64,000 nt of DNA from Gemmatimonadota bacterium (GCA_046726475.1 JBKPAO010000060.1:1664-65663); one strand, 5' to 3'; positions 18,326 to 28,266 are shown, counted from the stretch's first letter. The notes: generated from the letters alone by a model not told the origin. Made by a program: numbers and translations.

Positions 18326-18994
18326 ATGGCCCAGCAAGCAAATCTCCAAGCCGCCACTCGCTCCAACACCGGTAAAGGCGCAGCCCGGAGCCTTCGTCGC
18401 GAAGGCAAGGTGCCGGGCGTGATCTACGGCCACAACCGGCCGCCCGAGCCGTTGGTGATCGACTCCACCGCGCTCAGCAAGATGCTGCTCGGCATCAGCG
18501 CCGGGACCACCGTCTTCGACGTCGTGGTGGACGGCCGTCCCGCCGTGAAGGCACTCATCCGCGAGATTCAGCGGGATTCGGTTCGTCCCGCCGAGATTCT
18601 GCATCTCGATCTCTACGAGGTCCGCGCCGACGAGAAGGTCACCCTCTCCGTTCCCATCCACCTCGTCGGAATCCCCGACGGTGTCCGGAACTTCGGTGGG
18701 GTCCTCGACCACTCTCTGCGCGAGCTCGAGATCGAAGTGCTGCCGGTGGACATCCCGGATCACGTGGAGCTGGACGTGACTGCGTTGGAGATCGGGGACT
18801 CCCTGTTCGTGCGCGACGTCAAGGTAGAGAAGGCGGAGATCCTCAACGATCCCGACACACCGGTGTGTAGCGTGGTCGCCCCGAGGACTGAGGAGGCCCC
18901 GGCGCCGGTGGAGGAAGCTGCAGTGACCGCCGAGCCCGAGCTGATCCGGAAGCCCAAGCCCGAGGAAGAGGGCGAGGCAGAACCGAAAGCCTGA
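18326..18994 (+). CDS. rplY: 50S ribosomal protein L25/general stress protein Ctc
   Basis: ...GKGAARSLRREGKVPGVIYG... is followed by an acidic C-terminal tail. Confidence 0.9.
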   Translation: MAQQANLQAATRSNTGKGAARSLRREGKVPGVIYGHNRPPEPLVIDSTALSKMLLGISAGTTVFDVVVDGRPAVKALIREIQRDSVRPAEILHLDLYEVRADEKVTLSVPIHLVGIPDGVRNFGGVLDHSLRELEIEVLPVDIPDHVELDVTALEIGDSLFVRDVKVEKAEILNDPDTPVCSVVAPRTEEAPAPVEEAAVTAEPELIRKPKPEEEGEAEPKA

Positions 18995-19009
18995 CCCCTG
19001 CACACGATC

Positions 19010-19582
19010 GTGGGGCTGGGAAATCCCGGCCCAGAGTACGAGGACACCCGACACAACGCAGGGTTTCGCCTCGCCGATCGCCTGGTGGATCGTTGGCAGC
19101 TGGGGCCGTTCCGGCGGGGTGATCGGGCCCGGGAAGCACGCGGGACCTGGCGGGACCACTCCGTCACGGTGATGAAGCCTCAGACCTATATGAATCGGAG
19201 TGGAGCGGCGATCGCTCCGCTCCGAGCTCGCCCCGATTTCGACCCCAGCCGACATCTCTTGATCATGGTAGACGACGTGGCGCTTCCCGTCGGCCGTTTC
19301 CGGCTTCGGGGCGCCGGGTCCGCCGGCGGTCACAACGGGCTCAAGAGCGTCGAGGGAGTTCTCCAGCGGCAGGACTACGCCCGGCTTCGCATCGGTGTCG
19401 GCCCTGCGCCGCCGGGGCTGGACGACCTGGCGGACTTCGTTCTCGACCGGTTCACGGCCGAGGAACGGGAAGCTATCGGCGCGCTGCTCGATCCCATGAG
19501 TGAGGCCGTCGAATGCTGGCTGGAGAGTGGCATCGAGACGGCCATGAGTGAGTTCAACCGGTGGCAGACTCCCAGCTCTTGA
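19010..19582 (+). CDS. pth: peptidyl-tRNA hydrolase
   Basis: The N-terminal signature is GLGNPGPEYEDTRHNAGF. The start is GTG. Confidence 0.9.
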   Translation: MGLGNPGPEYEDTRHNAGFRLADRLVDRWQLGPFRRGDRAREARGTWRDHSVTVMKPQTYMNRSGAAIAPLRARPDFDPSRHLLIMVDDVALPVGRFRLRGAGSAGGHNGLKSVEGVLQRQDYARLRIGVGPAPPGLDDLADFVLDRFTAEEREAIGALLDPMSEAVECWLESGIETAMSEFNRWQTPSS

Positions 19583-19600
19583 CTCCCAGCTGCTGAATCC

Positions 19601-20698
19601 ATGCTCAGATTAGGAATCGTCGGACTCCCCAACGTCGGCAAATCAACCCTGTTCAACGCGCTGACGTCGGCCAGGGCGTTGGTGGCGAACTACCCGTTTG
19701 CCACGATCGAGCCTAACACCGGGATCGTTCAGGTGCCCGATCCGCGACTCGACATCCTGGCGAACATCGTCCGACCCGAGCGCACCGTGCCTGCCGCAGT
19801 CGAATTCGTGGATATCGCGGGTCTGGTCAAAGGCGCCAGCGAAGGAGAGGGCCTCGGCAACCAGTTCCTCGCCAATATCCGGGAGGTAGACGCCATCGTG
19901 CACGTTGTTCGCTGCTTCGAGGACCCTGACGTCCAGCACGTGATGGGCGAAGTGGATCCGGTGCGAGATCGGGAGATCATCAATATCGAGCTGGGACTGG
20001 CCGATCTGGCCAGCGTTGAGAAGCGGCTCGACAAAACCGGCCGCGCAGCAAAATCGGGCGACGCGCAGGCCAAACTGGAGCTGCGCCTTCTGCAGGCTCT
20101 GCAGACTGCATTGGCCGCCGGCAATTCTGCTCGTTCCGTCGTACCTACCGAGGAGGAAGGTCCGGCGTTCCGCGGGTTCAATCTCCTGACTGCCAAGCCG
20201 GTGCTTTACGCCGCCAATGTGGCCGAGAACGAGATCGCGTCGGGCAACCGCTTTGTGGAGGCGCTGCGTGGCGCCCTGGCACGCGACCGGGAAGCCGCCG
20301 AGATCGTAGCCTTCTCCGCCAAGGTCGAGGCCGAGCTGGCGGAGCTTCCAGTGGAGGATCGCTTTGAGTTCCTCGAGTCACTTGGACTAAAGGAGTCTGG
20401 CCTCGACCGCCTGGCTCATGCGGCGTACCACCTACTGGGCCTCCAGAGCTATTTCACTGCGGGCGAAAAGGAGGTACGCGCTTGGACCGTCCATCGCGGC
20501 GATAAGGCACCCGCAGCTGCCGGGGTCATCCACTCGGATTTCGAGAAGGGCTTCATCCGGGCCGAAACCGTTGGGTACGGCGATTTTGTTCGGGTGGGTG
20601 GCTGGAAGCCGGCCCGGGAGCAGGGTCTCGCCCGGGCCGAAGGCAAGGAGTACGTCGTGCAAGACGGCGACGTCATGCTTTTCCGATTCAATCCCTAG
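19601..20698 (+). CDS. ychF: redox-regulated ATPase YchF
   Basis: The P-loop is GIVGLPNVGKSTLFNALT, and the C-terminal TGS-like region is ...DFEKGFIRAE.... Confidence 0.92.
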   Translation: MLRLGIVGLPNVGKSTLFNALTSARALVANYPFATIEPNTGIVQVPDPRLDILANIVRPERTVPAAVEFVDIAGLVKGASEGEGLGNQFLANIREVDAIVHVVRCFEDPDVQHVMGEVDPVRDREIINIELGLADLASVEKRLDKTGRAAKSGDAQAKLELRLLQALQTALAAGNSARSVVPTEEEGPAFRGFNLLTAKPVLYAANVAENEIASGNRFVEALRGALARDREAAEIVAFSAKVEAELAELPVEDRFEFLESLGLKESGLDRLAHAAYHLLGLQSYFTAGEKEVRAWTVHRGDKAPAAAGVIHSDFEKGFIRAETVGYGDFVRVGGWKPAREQGLARAEGKEYVVQDGDVMLFRFNP

Positions 20699-20723
20699 AC
20701 TTGACACAGCTTATCGTTTCTTG

Positions 20724-20747
20724 CCCCGCTTCCCCGCCGCCCTGCTT
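20724..20747. repeat. solo C-rich octamer array CCCCGCTT CCCCGCCG CCCTGCTT
   Basis: Seen directly. The unit family is the same as at 28343-28374 and 44884-44936. Only a weak G-rich partner exists (GGGGCAAC, 20797-20804). Confidence 0.6.
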
Positions 20748-20852
20748 GCCGACTATCTTTGATCCTACAAATCTCCTCCTCGGCGCCACACCAGCCCGGG
20801 GCAACCCAGCCGGTGGTCTCTCGTGAGCCGGCAAAGTCCAAAGGAAGGTGTC

Positions 20853-21194
20853 ATGACCCGTCAATACGAGGTGGTCTATATCTTCGACAGTGCGCTCGAA
20901 GAGGCCGCCATCAATGAGCGCTTGACGCGCTTTCATCAATTAATCCAGCAACCCGGCGCCGAGGCCCCGCAGGTGAACCACTGGGGGAAGCGGACCTTGG
21001 CCTATCCAGTCAAGAAGCACGAAACCGGGTATTACGTGGTGGCGAAGTTCGACGCCGACCCTACCGCGCTTCCGGAGTTCGAGCGGGCCATCAAGCTCGA
21101 TGATGGCGTACTGCGCTTCCTTGTCGTCGTGAGCGAGGGAGCCCAGCCGGTGCCGGTCACGGCTGGCAAGACCGATGAGGAGGACGACGAATGA
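20853..21194 (+). CDS. rpsF: 30S ribosomal protein S6
   Basis: [13 protein letters not shown]... begins at ATG 20853, preceded by AAGGAAGG. The C-terminus is acidic. Confidence 0.9.
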   Translation: MTRQYEVVYIFDSALEEAAINERLTRFHQLIQQPGAEAPQVNHWGKRTLAYPVKKHETGYYVVAKFDADPTALPEFERAIKLDDGVLRFLVVVSEGAQPVPVTAGKTDEEDDE

Positions 21195-21412
21195 GGCGCC
21201 CGCAAAAGACCTGTGCCATCTGTGAGTCGGGTGTGCGGGTCGTAGACTTTAAGGATGAGCGCACCCTCTCCCGCTTTCTGACCGAGCGCGGGAAAATCCT
21301 GCCGAGCCGGCTGTCGGGAACCTGTGCGCGCCATCAACGCCAGCTCAGCACCGCCATCAAGCGGGCTCGTCAGCTGGCGCTCCTGCCGTACATCAAAGGA
21401 TTTGCCAGCTGA
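21191..21412 (+). CDS. rpsR: 30S ribosomal protein S18
   Basis: ...[41 protein letters not shown]... is the diagnostic sequence. There is an ATGA overlap with rpsF. Confidence 0.9.
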   Translation: MRRPQKTCAICESGVRVVDFKDERTLSRFLTERGKILPSRLSGTCARHQRQLSTAIKRARQLALLPYIKGFAS

Positions 21413-21477
21413 GTCGAGCGGAGCTGGTTCCAGGCGGAGCTGGGAATCGCCCAGAGAAGCGACACTGGTGGAGCGGA

Positions 21478-22356
21478 GTGCTGCTTCTATTGGGCTACTT
21501 GCTCTTTGCTCCACCCGTCCTGCTGTTTGGACCGCTCGCTGGGCTGCTACTGCTCGCCCGTCCCCATACACGCCGCGAGTGGCTGTGGCTGGCCGTGAGT
21601 GTGGCTGCTTCGGCCACATGGTTGAATCAGGCCGGCGGATTGGCCGGCCAGTTCAGCCGCGCGGGGGCGGTCCTGTTGGCAGGGACATTTCTGGCCCTGA
21701 CTGTCTGGCGGCCTTCCGGCAAGTTCTCCCGAGTGCTCGGGACTACGGCGATCGCCGGCGTTACGCTGGTCATCTGGATGTGGCACCTGGGCCTGGGATG
21801 GGATGAAGTCCAGCGAGCAGTGGAGCGTGATCTCTGGACCTACAATCAGGACCTGCTTACGCGTCTCGGCGAGGTAGGCCAGACGTATCCCGACGGCTTT
21901 CTGAACCAGATGGCGGACATGATCCGCACCATCGGAACGTTTTATCCGGCACTGTTTGCGCTGGCCTGCATTGCCGGCCTCAGGCTCGCCTGGATCTGGC
22001 ACCATCGGATCGCCCGGCACCCGCTGGGCCAGCCTCCGGAACACTTTACCGCGTTCGAATTCAGCGACCAACTGGTGTGGGGTTGGGTGGTGGGCCTCTC
22101 CCTTTGCCTCCTGCCGCTGCCTGAATTTTGGCAAGCGGTGGGAGCCAATCTGCTGCTGGTCTGGGCGGTGCTCTATGCCGTACGCGGACTTGCGGTGTTT
22201 TTCGCCGGTTCCCGGAGGGTCCCGGGATCGGTGATGGCGACCCTTACCCTCGTCGCCATGTTCCTGTTGCCATTCGTTTTGGGCGGACTCACCCTCCTGG
22301 GTCTCGCCGACACTTGGCTAGATTTCCGACGTCGGCTCCCCGCGTCGGCCACCTGA
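21478..22356 (+). CDS. DUF2232-like (YybS-like) integral membrane protein
   Basis: It is a polytopic membrane protein. The position between rpsR and rplI matches that of yybS in other bacteria. The start is GTG. Confidence 0.6.
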   Translation: MLLLLGYLLFAPPVLLFGPLAGLLLLARPHTRREWLWLAVSVAASATWLNQAGGLAGQFSRAGAVLLAGTFLALTVWRPSGKFSRVLGTTAIAGVTLVIWMWHLGLGWDEVQRAVERDLWTYNQDLLTRLGEVGQTYPDGFLNQMADMIRTIGTFYPALFALACIAGLRLAWIWHHRIARHPLGQPPEHFTAFEFSDQLVWGWVVGLSLCLLPLPEFWQAVGANLLLVWAVLYAVRGLAVFFAGSRRVPGSVMATLTLVAMFLLPFVLGGLTLLGLADTWLDFRRRLPASAT

Positions 22357-22366
22357 GGCACAAGCG

Positions 22367-22813
22367 ATGATCGAAGTGATACTGCGAGAGGACATCAAGA
22401 CGCTGGGACGCGCCGGAGAGATGGTCAAGGTGAAGCCCGGATATGCCCGAAACTATCTGTTACCCCAGGGGCTGGCCTACGAGGCCACCGAGGGGAACAA
22501 GAAAAGAGTTGCCGCGGAGAGCCGAGTCCGTGCGACCCGGGAGCAGGCGGAGCGCGGCGAGGCGGAACGGCTGGCTTCGACCTTGAGCCAAGTGACTTTG
22601 ACACTGGCAGGCAAGGCCGGCGAGGAAGGCAAGCTTTTCGGCTCGATCACTTCACAGGACATTGCAGACGCGCTCAGCCGGCAGGGTCATCAGATCGATC
22701 GCCGCAAGATCGAGCTGGATCATCCGATTAAGACGACGGGGTCACATACCGTCTCGATCCGGCTGCACCCCGAGGTTCATGCAGAGCTTGGCGTTACCGT
22801 CGTCCCCGAGTAG
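22367..22813 (+). CDS. rplI: 50S ribosomal protein L9
   Basis: The N-terminus is MIEVILREDIKTLGRAGEMVKVKPGYARNYLLPQGLA. Confidence 0.92.
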   Translation: MIEVILREDIKTLGRAGEMVKVKPGYARNYLLPQGLAYEATEGNKKRVAAESRVRATREQAERGEAERLASTLSQVTLTLAGKAGEEGKLFGSITSQDIADALSRQGHQIDRRKIELDHPIKTTGSHTVSIRLHPEVHAELGVTVVPE

Positions 22814-22823
22814 CTCCAGGGCG

Positions 22824-24668
22824 ATGCCGGGGGGGATCACGTATGTCGACGGACCCCGACTGGCGCGATCTGTAGTCGCGGCCGCGAATTGGGTGGCAGC
22901 CGGCCGCGAAGAGATCAACCGGATTAATGTCTTCCCGGTGCCGGACGGAGATACCGGCACCAACTTCACCCTGACTCTCCGCGCCGTCGCCGACGCTCTT
23001 CGAGCTCTCGGCGACGCTCCGCTTCCGGAGACCGCCCGCACCGTTGCTCGGGCTGCCGTGCTGGGTGCCCGGGGAAATTCGGGGATGATGCTCGCCCAGT
23101 TCCTGCTGGGCTTCACCGAGACGTTGGGCGATCGAGCCGTGGCGACGGCGCCCGATGTCGCCCGCGCGATCCGCTGCGGCGCAGAGCGGCTGTACCAGTG
23201 TCTCGACGACCCCCGCGAAGGCACCATTCTGACCGTCGCCCGAGAGGCTGCCGCGGCCGCTGAGCCGGTCGCGAGCACAACGGGCGACCTGGCCGAGTTT
23301 ATGCGACGCCTGCTCGAGGAAGGCGAGCTCGCGCTGGCCCGAACTCCGGAGCTCATGGCGGTGCTGAAGGAGGCCGGTGTGGTGGACGCCGGGGGGAAAG
23401 GTTTCGTCAGAATGCTCGAGGGCGTCGTTCGCTATATCCAGGGTGGCACCGTCGCGCCCGAGCTGCCGACTGAACTCGACTTCACCACCCCGATGCCTGC
23501 CGCCCGCATCGACGTCGCCTCCGATCGCGACTTTCAGTACTGCACCGAGGTGCTGGTTCGGGGCGAGTCTCTGCCTTCCGCCAATGAAGTGCGCGCCGTC
23601 ATGAACGGCTTCGGTGGATCGACTGTCGTCGCGGTGATGGGAGACATCCTCAAGATCCATGTGCACACCAACACCCCGGACGCCGTCTTTAGCTATGCGG
23701 CACGCTGGGGGCGGGTGGATTCCGCCAAGGCGCAGGATATGCGGCAGCAACACCGGCAGCTGGCGCATGACGCTCGCCGGCCGGTGGCCATCGTAACGGA
23801 TAGCTCGGCCGACTTGCCGGATACCCTGCTCGATCAGCACCACATCGCGATGGTGCCGCTGCAAGTAGTTTTTGGAGAGTCGACCTTTCGAGATCGAGTG
23901 GAGCTCAAGCCCGAGGAGTTCTATCGCAGGCTCCGAACCTCGGCGGAGCTGCCCACGACGTCGCAGCCGGCTCCCGCCGAATTTATCCAGGCGTTTCGCA
24001 ATGCGACCGAGGAGGCGAATGAGGTTGTGGCCGTATTATTGGGATCCAACCTCTCGGGCACGTTCAATGCGGCGCAATCCGCGATCCGGACCGGCGGTCT
24101 CGAGAGAGTGGCCTTAGTGGACAGCCGCTCGGCGTCCCTGGGTGTTGGACTCCTCGCGTTGAGGGGGGCGGAGCTGGCGGAGTCTGGCTGGGAGGGATCA
24201 CGGATCGCGGAGGAGCTGTGCCGGGTCCGGGCCCAGTCCGGGATGCTCCTTACGGTGGACCGGTACGACAATCTGCTGCGCTCGGGCCGAATCTCCCGAA
24301 GCAAGGCGTGGCTGGCAGGGATGCTGGACGTCAAGCCCATCCTGTCGCTCGATGCCGAGGGCCGGGTGGTTCCCGTCGAGCGCGTCCGAGGAAGCGAACA
24401 GGTAGAAGCGCGCCTGTTGGCACTGTTGGACCGGCGGTTGACCCCGCGCCCGCGGGTCGTGCGTTTCGGGATTGCCCACGCCGATGCCCCCGAGGTGGCC
24501 GACCGGGTCCGCCGAGTGTTACTCGACCGGTATCGGCCGCGTGACTGCCTGGTAACGCTGGCAACCGGCGTGCTCGGCACTCATGTCGGACCCGGCGCGT
24601 GGGGAGTTTTCTATCAGGTCGACGATCCGTCCGCTTCATCTGCTGCGAGAGGACCAGTGAAGGAATGA
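22824..24668 (+). CDS. DAK2 (DhaL/FakA-like) domain fused to a DegV (FakB-like) fatty-acid-binding domain
   Basis: The N-terminus ...NVFPVPDGDTGTNFTLT... is DAK2. The middle ...FQYCTEVLV...GDILKIHVHTNTPD... is YloV/FakA-like. The C-terminus ...AIVTDSSADLP...MVPLQVVFGESTFRD...ELPTTSQPAP...LSGTFNAA...RSGRISRSKAWLAGMLDVKPIL... is canonical DegV. ATG 22824 follows the rplI stop. Confidence 0.8.
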   Translation: MPGGITYVDGPRLARSVVAAANWVAAGREEINRINVFPVPDGDTGTNFTLTLRAVADALRALGDAPLPETARTVARAAVLGARGNSGMMLAQFLLGFTETLGDRAVATAPDVARAIRCGAERLYQCLDDPREGTILTVAREAAAAAEPVASTTGDLAEFMRRLLEEGELALARTPELMAVLKEAGVVDAGGKGFVRMLEGVVRYIQGGTVAPELPTELDFTTPMPAARIDVASDRDFQYCTEVLVRGESLPSANEVRAVMNGFGGSTVVAVMGDILKIHVHTNTPDAVFSYAARWGRVDSAKAQDMRQQHRQLAHDARRPVAIVTDSSADLPDTLLDQHHIAMVPLQVVFGESTFRDRVELKPEEFYRRLRTSAELPTTSQPAPAEFIQAFRNATEEANEVVAVLLGSNLSGTFNAAQSAIRTGGLERVALVDSRSASLGVGLLALRGAELAESGWEGSRIAEELCRVRAQSGMLLTVDRYDNLLRSGRISRSKAWLAGMLDVKPILSLDAEGRVVPVERVRGSEQVEARLLALLDRRLTPRPRVVRFGIAHADAPEVADRVRRVLLDRYRPRDCLVTLATGVLGTHVGPGAWGVFYQVDDPSASSAARGPVKE

Positions 24669-25048
24669 TGCACGAGGTACCGGAGGCGGGCCCGATGTCG
24701 CCCCCTCCCTTGGCGCTCCGATTGGCGTTGAATGCCATTCAGGATCTGAAAGGTGACCAACTGGTGGTGCTCGATCTTCGAGGACTCAACGATGCGACCG
24801 ATTATTTCGTCATTGCCTCTGGGACGTCGGACGCCCATGTGCGCGGCATCGCCGAGTCGGTCATGGAGAAGCTGGATCGGCAAGGTCACCACACTCATCA
24901 CGTCGAGGGGCTCACCGGCGGGCGCTGGGTGCTGATCGACTTCGTGGATTTCGTGATTCACCTCTTTCACCCGGAGACGCGCTCGTTCTACCAACTCGAG
25001 CGCCTGTGGGACGATGCACCCGAGCTGCTGATCAGCTCATCTTCATAG
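24665..25048 (+). CDS. rsfS: ribosome silencing factor RsfS
   Basis: ...DLKGDQLVVLDLRGLNDATDYFVIASGTSDAHVRGIA...WVLIDFVDFVIHLF... is the diagnostic sequence. The ATG overlaps the upstream stop. Confidence 0.85.
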   Translation: MMHEVPEAGPMSPPPLALRLALNAIQDLKGDQLVVLDLRGLNDATDYFVIASGTSDAHVRGIAESVMEKLDRQGHHTHHVEGLTGGRWVLIDFVDFVIHLFHPETRSFYQLERLWDDAPELLISSSS

Positions 25049-25056
25049 AGGTCGTT

Positions 25057-28000
25057 ATGCTCAGACGCGCCGCCCCAATCGTGCTGTCTTTGCTGCTCGC
25101 CCCCGCACTCCTTCCGGCGCAGTATTTCGGCAGGAACAAGGTGCAGTACAGCACGTTTGACTTCAAAGTGATCCAGACCGAGCATTTTGACGTCTACTAC
25201 TACGAGCGCGAGCGAGTGGCTGCGATGGACGCCGCCCGGATGGCGGAGCGTGCCTACGCTCGCCTTTCCAAAGTGCTGAACCACGACTTCCGCGAGCGCA
25301 AGCCGATCATCCTGTACGCCTCACATTCCGACTTCCAGCAGACCAACGCGCTGGGGGAGCCTCCCAGTGAAGGCACCGGTGGCGTGACGGATTTCCAGCG
25401 CAACCGGGCGGTGATGCCGTTCACCGGATCTTACGCGGAGTTCGAGCACGTCCTGCAGCACGAAATGGCGCACCAGTTTCAATACGACACTTGGTCCCGG
25501 GGACGCGCAGGCGGCGGACTCTCCACGATCATCGCCATCAATCCTCCACTCTGGTTCGCCGAGGGCATGGCCGAGTACCTGTCAATCGGCCCCATCAACC
25601 CGGAAACAGCGATGTGGCTGAGGGATGCATCGCTCGAGGGCAGTCTCCCGTCCATCGAGCAGATGACACTCGATCCCTACAGATACTTCCCGTACCGCTT
25701 CGGTCACGCGCTCTGGTCGTACATCGGAGAGCGTTGGGGTGATGAGGCGGTGGGAGCGATCCTCAAGGCAACGCTGGCGGGTGGGATCGAGGGGGCGTTC
25801 CGTCGCACCATTGGGTTGACCCTGGACCAGCTCTCCGACCAATGGCGTGACGCGGTGCAGAAGAAGTACCTCCCCGAAATCGGCGCCCGGGCAAAGGCCA
25901 GCGCGATAGCGGACGAGTTGCTGACCGAGAAGCGGTCGCAGGGCACTTTGCATCTGGCTCCGGCGCTGTCACCCGATGGATCTCGCGTCGCGTATTTCAG
26001 CGAGAAAGACTTTTACTACGTCGATCTCTACCTGGCTGACGGGACTACCGGAAAGGTCAAACGCCGGATCCTGAAATCGGGCGTCAGCAGTAACTATGAG
26101 ACATACCGCTTCATCAACTCGCAGGCCAACTGGTCTCCCGACGGCAAGTTCCTGGCATTCGCCGCGAAGCGTGGCGGGCGCGACGACATCGTCATCGTTG
26201 ACGTCGATCGCAACAAGCAGGTCAAACGCATCGAGCTCAAGTTGAGCGGTGTGACCACCCCGTCGTGGAGCCCTGACGGTAAGCAATTGGTCTTTACCGG
26301 CTACGATGGAGGGTTGAGCGATCTCTTCGTCGTCTCTCGCGATGGCGGTAACCTGCGGCGGCTTACTCAGGATAAGTACGCCGATCTCCACCCGGTCTGG
26401 TCGCCGGACGGACACACGATCGCCTTTGCCACTGATCGAGGTGGGCATACCGACTTCAAGACGCTGGACATCGGCAATATGCGGATCGCGCTGTACGATC
26501 TGGACCTCGGTTCGATCCAGGTGCTGGACCAGATGGACCAGGGCAAGAACGTCAGCCCCCAGTGGTCGCCGGACGGCACCTCGATCGCCTTCGTGTCCGA
26601 TCGCAACGGGGTCAGCAACATCTTTCTGTACGAGCTGAACGCGAAGGCGCTGTACCAGCTCACCGACTTCTACACCGGTACCCAGGGAATCACCCCACTG
26701 TCACCGGTCCTCTCCTGGGCTGCCCAAGCCGACCGCCTTGCGTTCTGCTACTTCGAAAAAGGGAAGTACGACGTCTATACTCTTGCCAACCCCAGGAGCC
26801 TCAAGCACCAGCCCTATCAGCGCACGGCACCCGACAGCAGCGGGATGCTTGCCGCTGTCACTGCCACCCCCGTGGATACCACCCGCTCGCTTCAGGTCCC
26901 GGAAGAGGTGCGCTCCCAGGTTGGGGAGGGCGGCTCGATTTACCGGTCGCCCCAGGGGTTCCGTTCGTCGAGCGAGGTCACCCGGACCGGTGATACGACG
27001 ATCTCGACTCCCCCGGTGTCGATTGCAGCGCTGCTCGACTCTGCCCGCTACAATCTGCCTGACACCAGCGAATTCAGTGTCAAGAAATATCGGGTGCACT
27101 TCATGCCGGACTACGTGGCGAGGCCAGCGATCGGGTATTCCCGCGACAACTTCGGCCGGGGATTTTTCGGGGGCGCCGCCGTGTCCCTCAGCGACATCCT
27201 GGGAAATCACCAGTTGGTCTTCGCCGGCTATGTGAACGGCCGGATCAGTGAGGCTCAGGTGTTGGCTGCCTACATCAATATGAGCCGCCGGATCAACTGG
27301 ATCGCGGGCATCTCCCAGGAGCCGTACTACTTCTATGAGCCGAGTCAGGTCCGGGTGGATGAACCCGCGCCGGGTCTCAACACCTTCGTGACCAACGTCC
27401 GCCGCCTGGTCGTCCGCTCGGCGTTCGGGCAGGCGTACTACCCCATCAGCCGGTTCCAGCGCATCGAGGCCAACCTACGGGTAGCCAATGTGGACGACGC
27501 GGTACTCAGTATTCTGGAGCCGTACAACCCGTTCTCCGGGTTCGCCACCGATGATCCGACGCTCGAAACCAACAACCAGCCGGGGGTCACCTATGTCCAG
27601 CCGTCCGCAGCGCTGGTGTTCGATAACTCTCTCTTCGGCTACACCGGTCCGTTCTACGGTCGCCGCTGGCGCCTAGACTTCGCCCAGACGATAGGCGACT
27701 GGAGATACTCCCAGATCACCGCCGATTACCGCCGGTACGACAAGATCGCCGGCCCGGTGATTCTCGCCCTACGCCTGTTCTACTTCGGCCGGATTGGCCG
27801 CGATACCGACCGCTTCCGGATCTTCGGCGGCAGCACCGATCTCATCCGCGGCAACACCTCTGGCTCCTACCGCCGGCACGAGTGTCTCAATGCCAACGAC
27901 GTGAACACTCGGACCGGGTGCGCAGAGCTCGATCGGCTGGTCGGTTCCCAGATCGGCATAACTAGCGCGGAACTCCGTTTCCCCATTCTGACACCGGCGA

Positions 28001-28266
28001 TGAGGTTCCTCCCGCAGGGGTTTCCACCAATCGAAGGAGGCATCTTTTACGATATCGGGCTGGTCTGGGACGAAGAATCTACAATCCGATGGAGCCGGAA
28101 GGAGGGGGATGATCCCGTGAATGTCCGCACTCCGTTGCGAGTGTTCGGAGCTTCACTACGGGCCAACGTCTTCGGCTTCGCCATCGCACGGCTGGAATAT
28201 GCGGTCCCGCAGAATCGCCGGGGGGTCGGTGGACTGTGGACGCTCAGTCTGGGTCCGACATTTTAG
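25057..28266 (+). CDS. outer-membrane protein: MA-type metallopeptidase-like domain + TolB-like PD40 beta-propeller + Omp85/surface-antigen-like beta-barrel
   Basis: It has a signal peptide and an HEMAH (HExxH) motif. There are five (W/L)SPDG PD40-type repeats. The C-terminal ~450 aa are beta-rich and end ...WTLSLGPTF, with the terminal Phe typical of OMPs. Confidence 0.78.
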   Translation: MLRRAAPIVLSLLLAPALLPAQYFGRNKVQYSTFDFKVIQTEHFDVYYYERERVAAMDAARMAERAYARLSKVLNHDFRERKPIILYASHSDFQQTNALGEPPSEGTGGVTDFQRNRAVMPFTGSYAEFEHVLQHEMAHQFQYDTWSRGRAGGGLSTIIAINPPLWFAEGMAEYLSIGPINPETAMWLRDASLEGSLPSIEQMTLDPYRYFPYRFGHALWSYIGERWGDEAVGAILKATLAGGIEGAFRRTIGLTLDQLSDQWRDAVQKKYLPEIGARAKASAIADELLTEKRSQGTLHLAPALSPDGSRVAYFSEKDFYYVDLYLADGTTGKVKRRILKSGVSSNYETYRFINSQANWSPDGKFLAFAAKRGGRDDIVIVDVDRNKQVKRIELKLSGVTTPSWSPDGKQLVFTGYDGGLSDLFVVSRDGGNLRRLTQDKYADLHPVWSPDGHTIAFATDRGGHTDFKTLDIGNMRIALYDLDLGSIQVLDQMDQGKNVSPQWSPDGTSIAFVSDRNGVSNIFLYELNAKALYQLTDFYTGTQGITPLSPVLSWAAQADRLAFCYFEKGKYDVYTLANPRSLKHQPYQRTAPDSSGMLAAVTATPVDTTRSLQVPEEVRSQVGEGGSIYRSPQGFRSSSEVTRTGDTTISTPPVSIAALLDSARYNLPDTSEFSVKKYRVHFMPDYVARPAIGYSRDNFGRGFFGGAAVSLSDILGNHQLVFAGYVNGRISEAQVLAAYINMSRRINWIAGISQEPYYFYEPSQVRVDEPAPGLNTFVTNVRRLVVRSAFGQAYYPISRFQRIEANLRVANVDDAVLSILEPYNPFSGFATDDPTLETNNQPGVTYVQPSAALVFDNSLFGYTGPFYGRRWRLDFAQTIGDWRYSQITADYRRYDKIAGPVILALRLFYFGRIGRDTDRFRIFGGSTDLIRGNTSGSYRRHECLNANDVNTRTGCAELDRLVGSQIGITSAELRFPILTPAMRFLPQGFPPIEGGIFYDIGLVWDEESTIRWSRKEGDDPVNVRTPLRVFGASLRANVFGFAIARLEYAVPQNRRGVGGLWTLSLGPTF

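Noticed and set aside
20701-20706. TTGACA directly after the ychF stop as the rpsF promoter -35.
   Set aside because: No acceptable -10 hexamer lies at 16-18 nt spacing, where the sequence is the C-rich octamer array.
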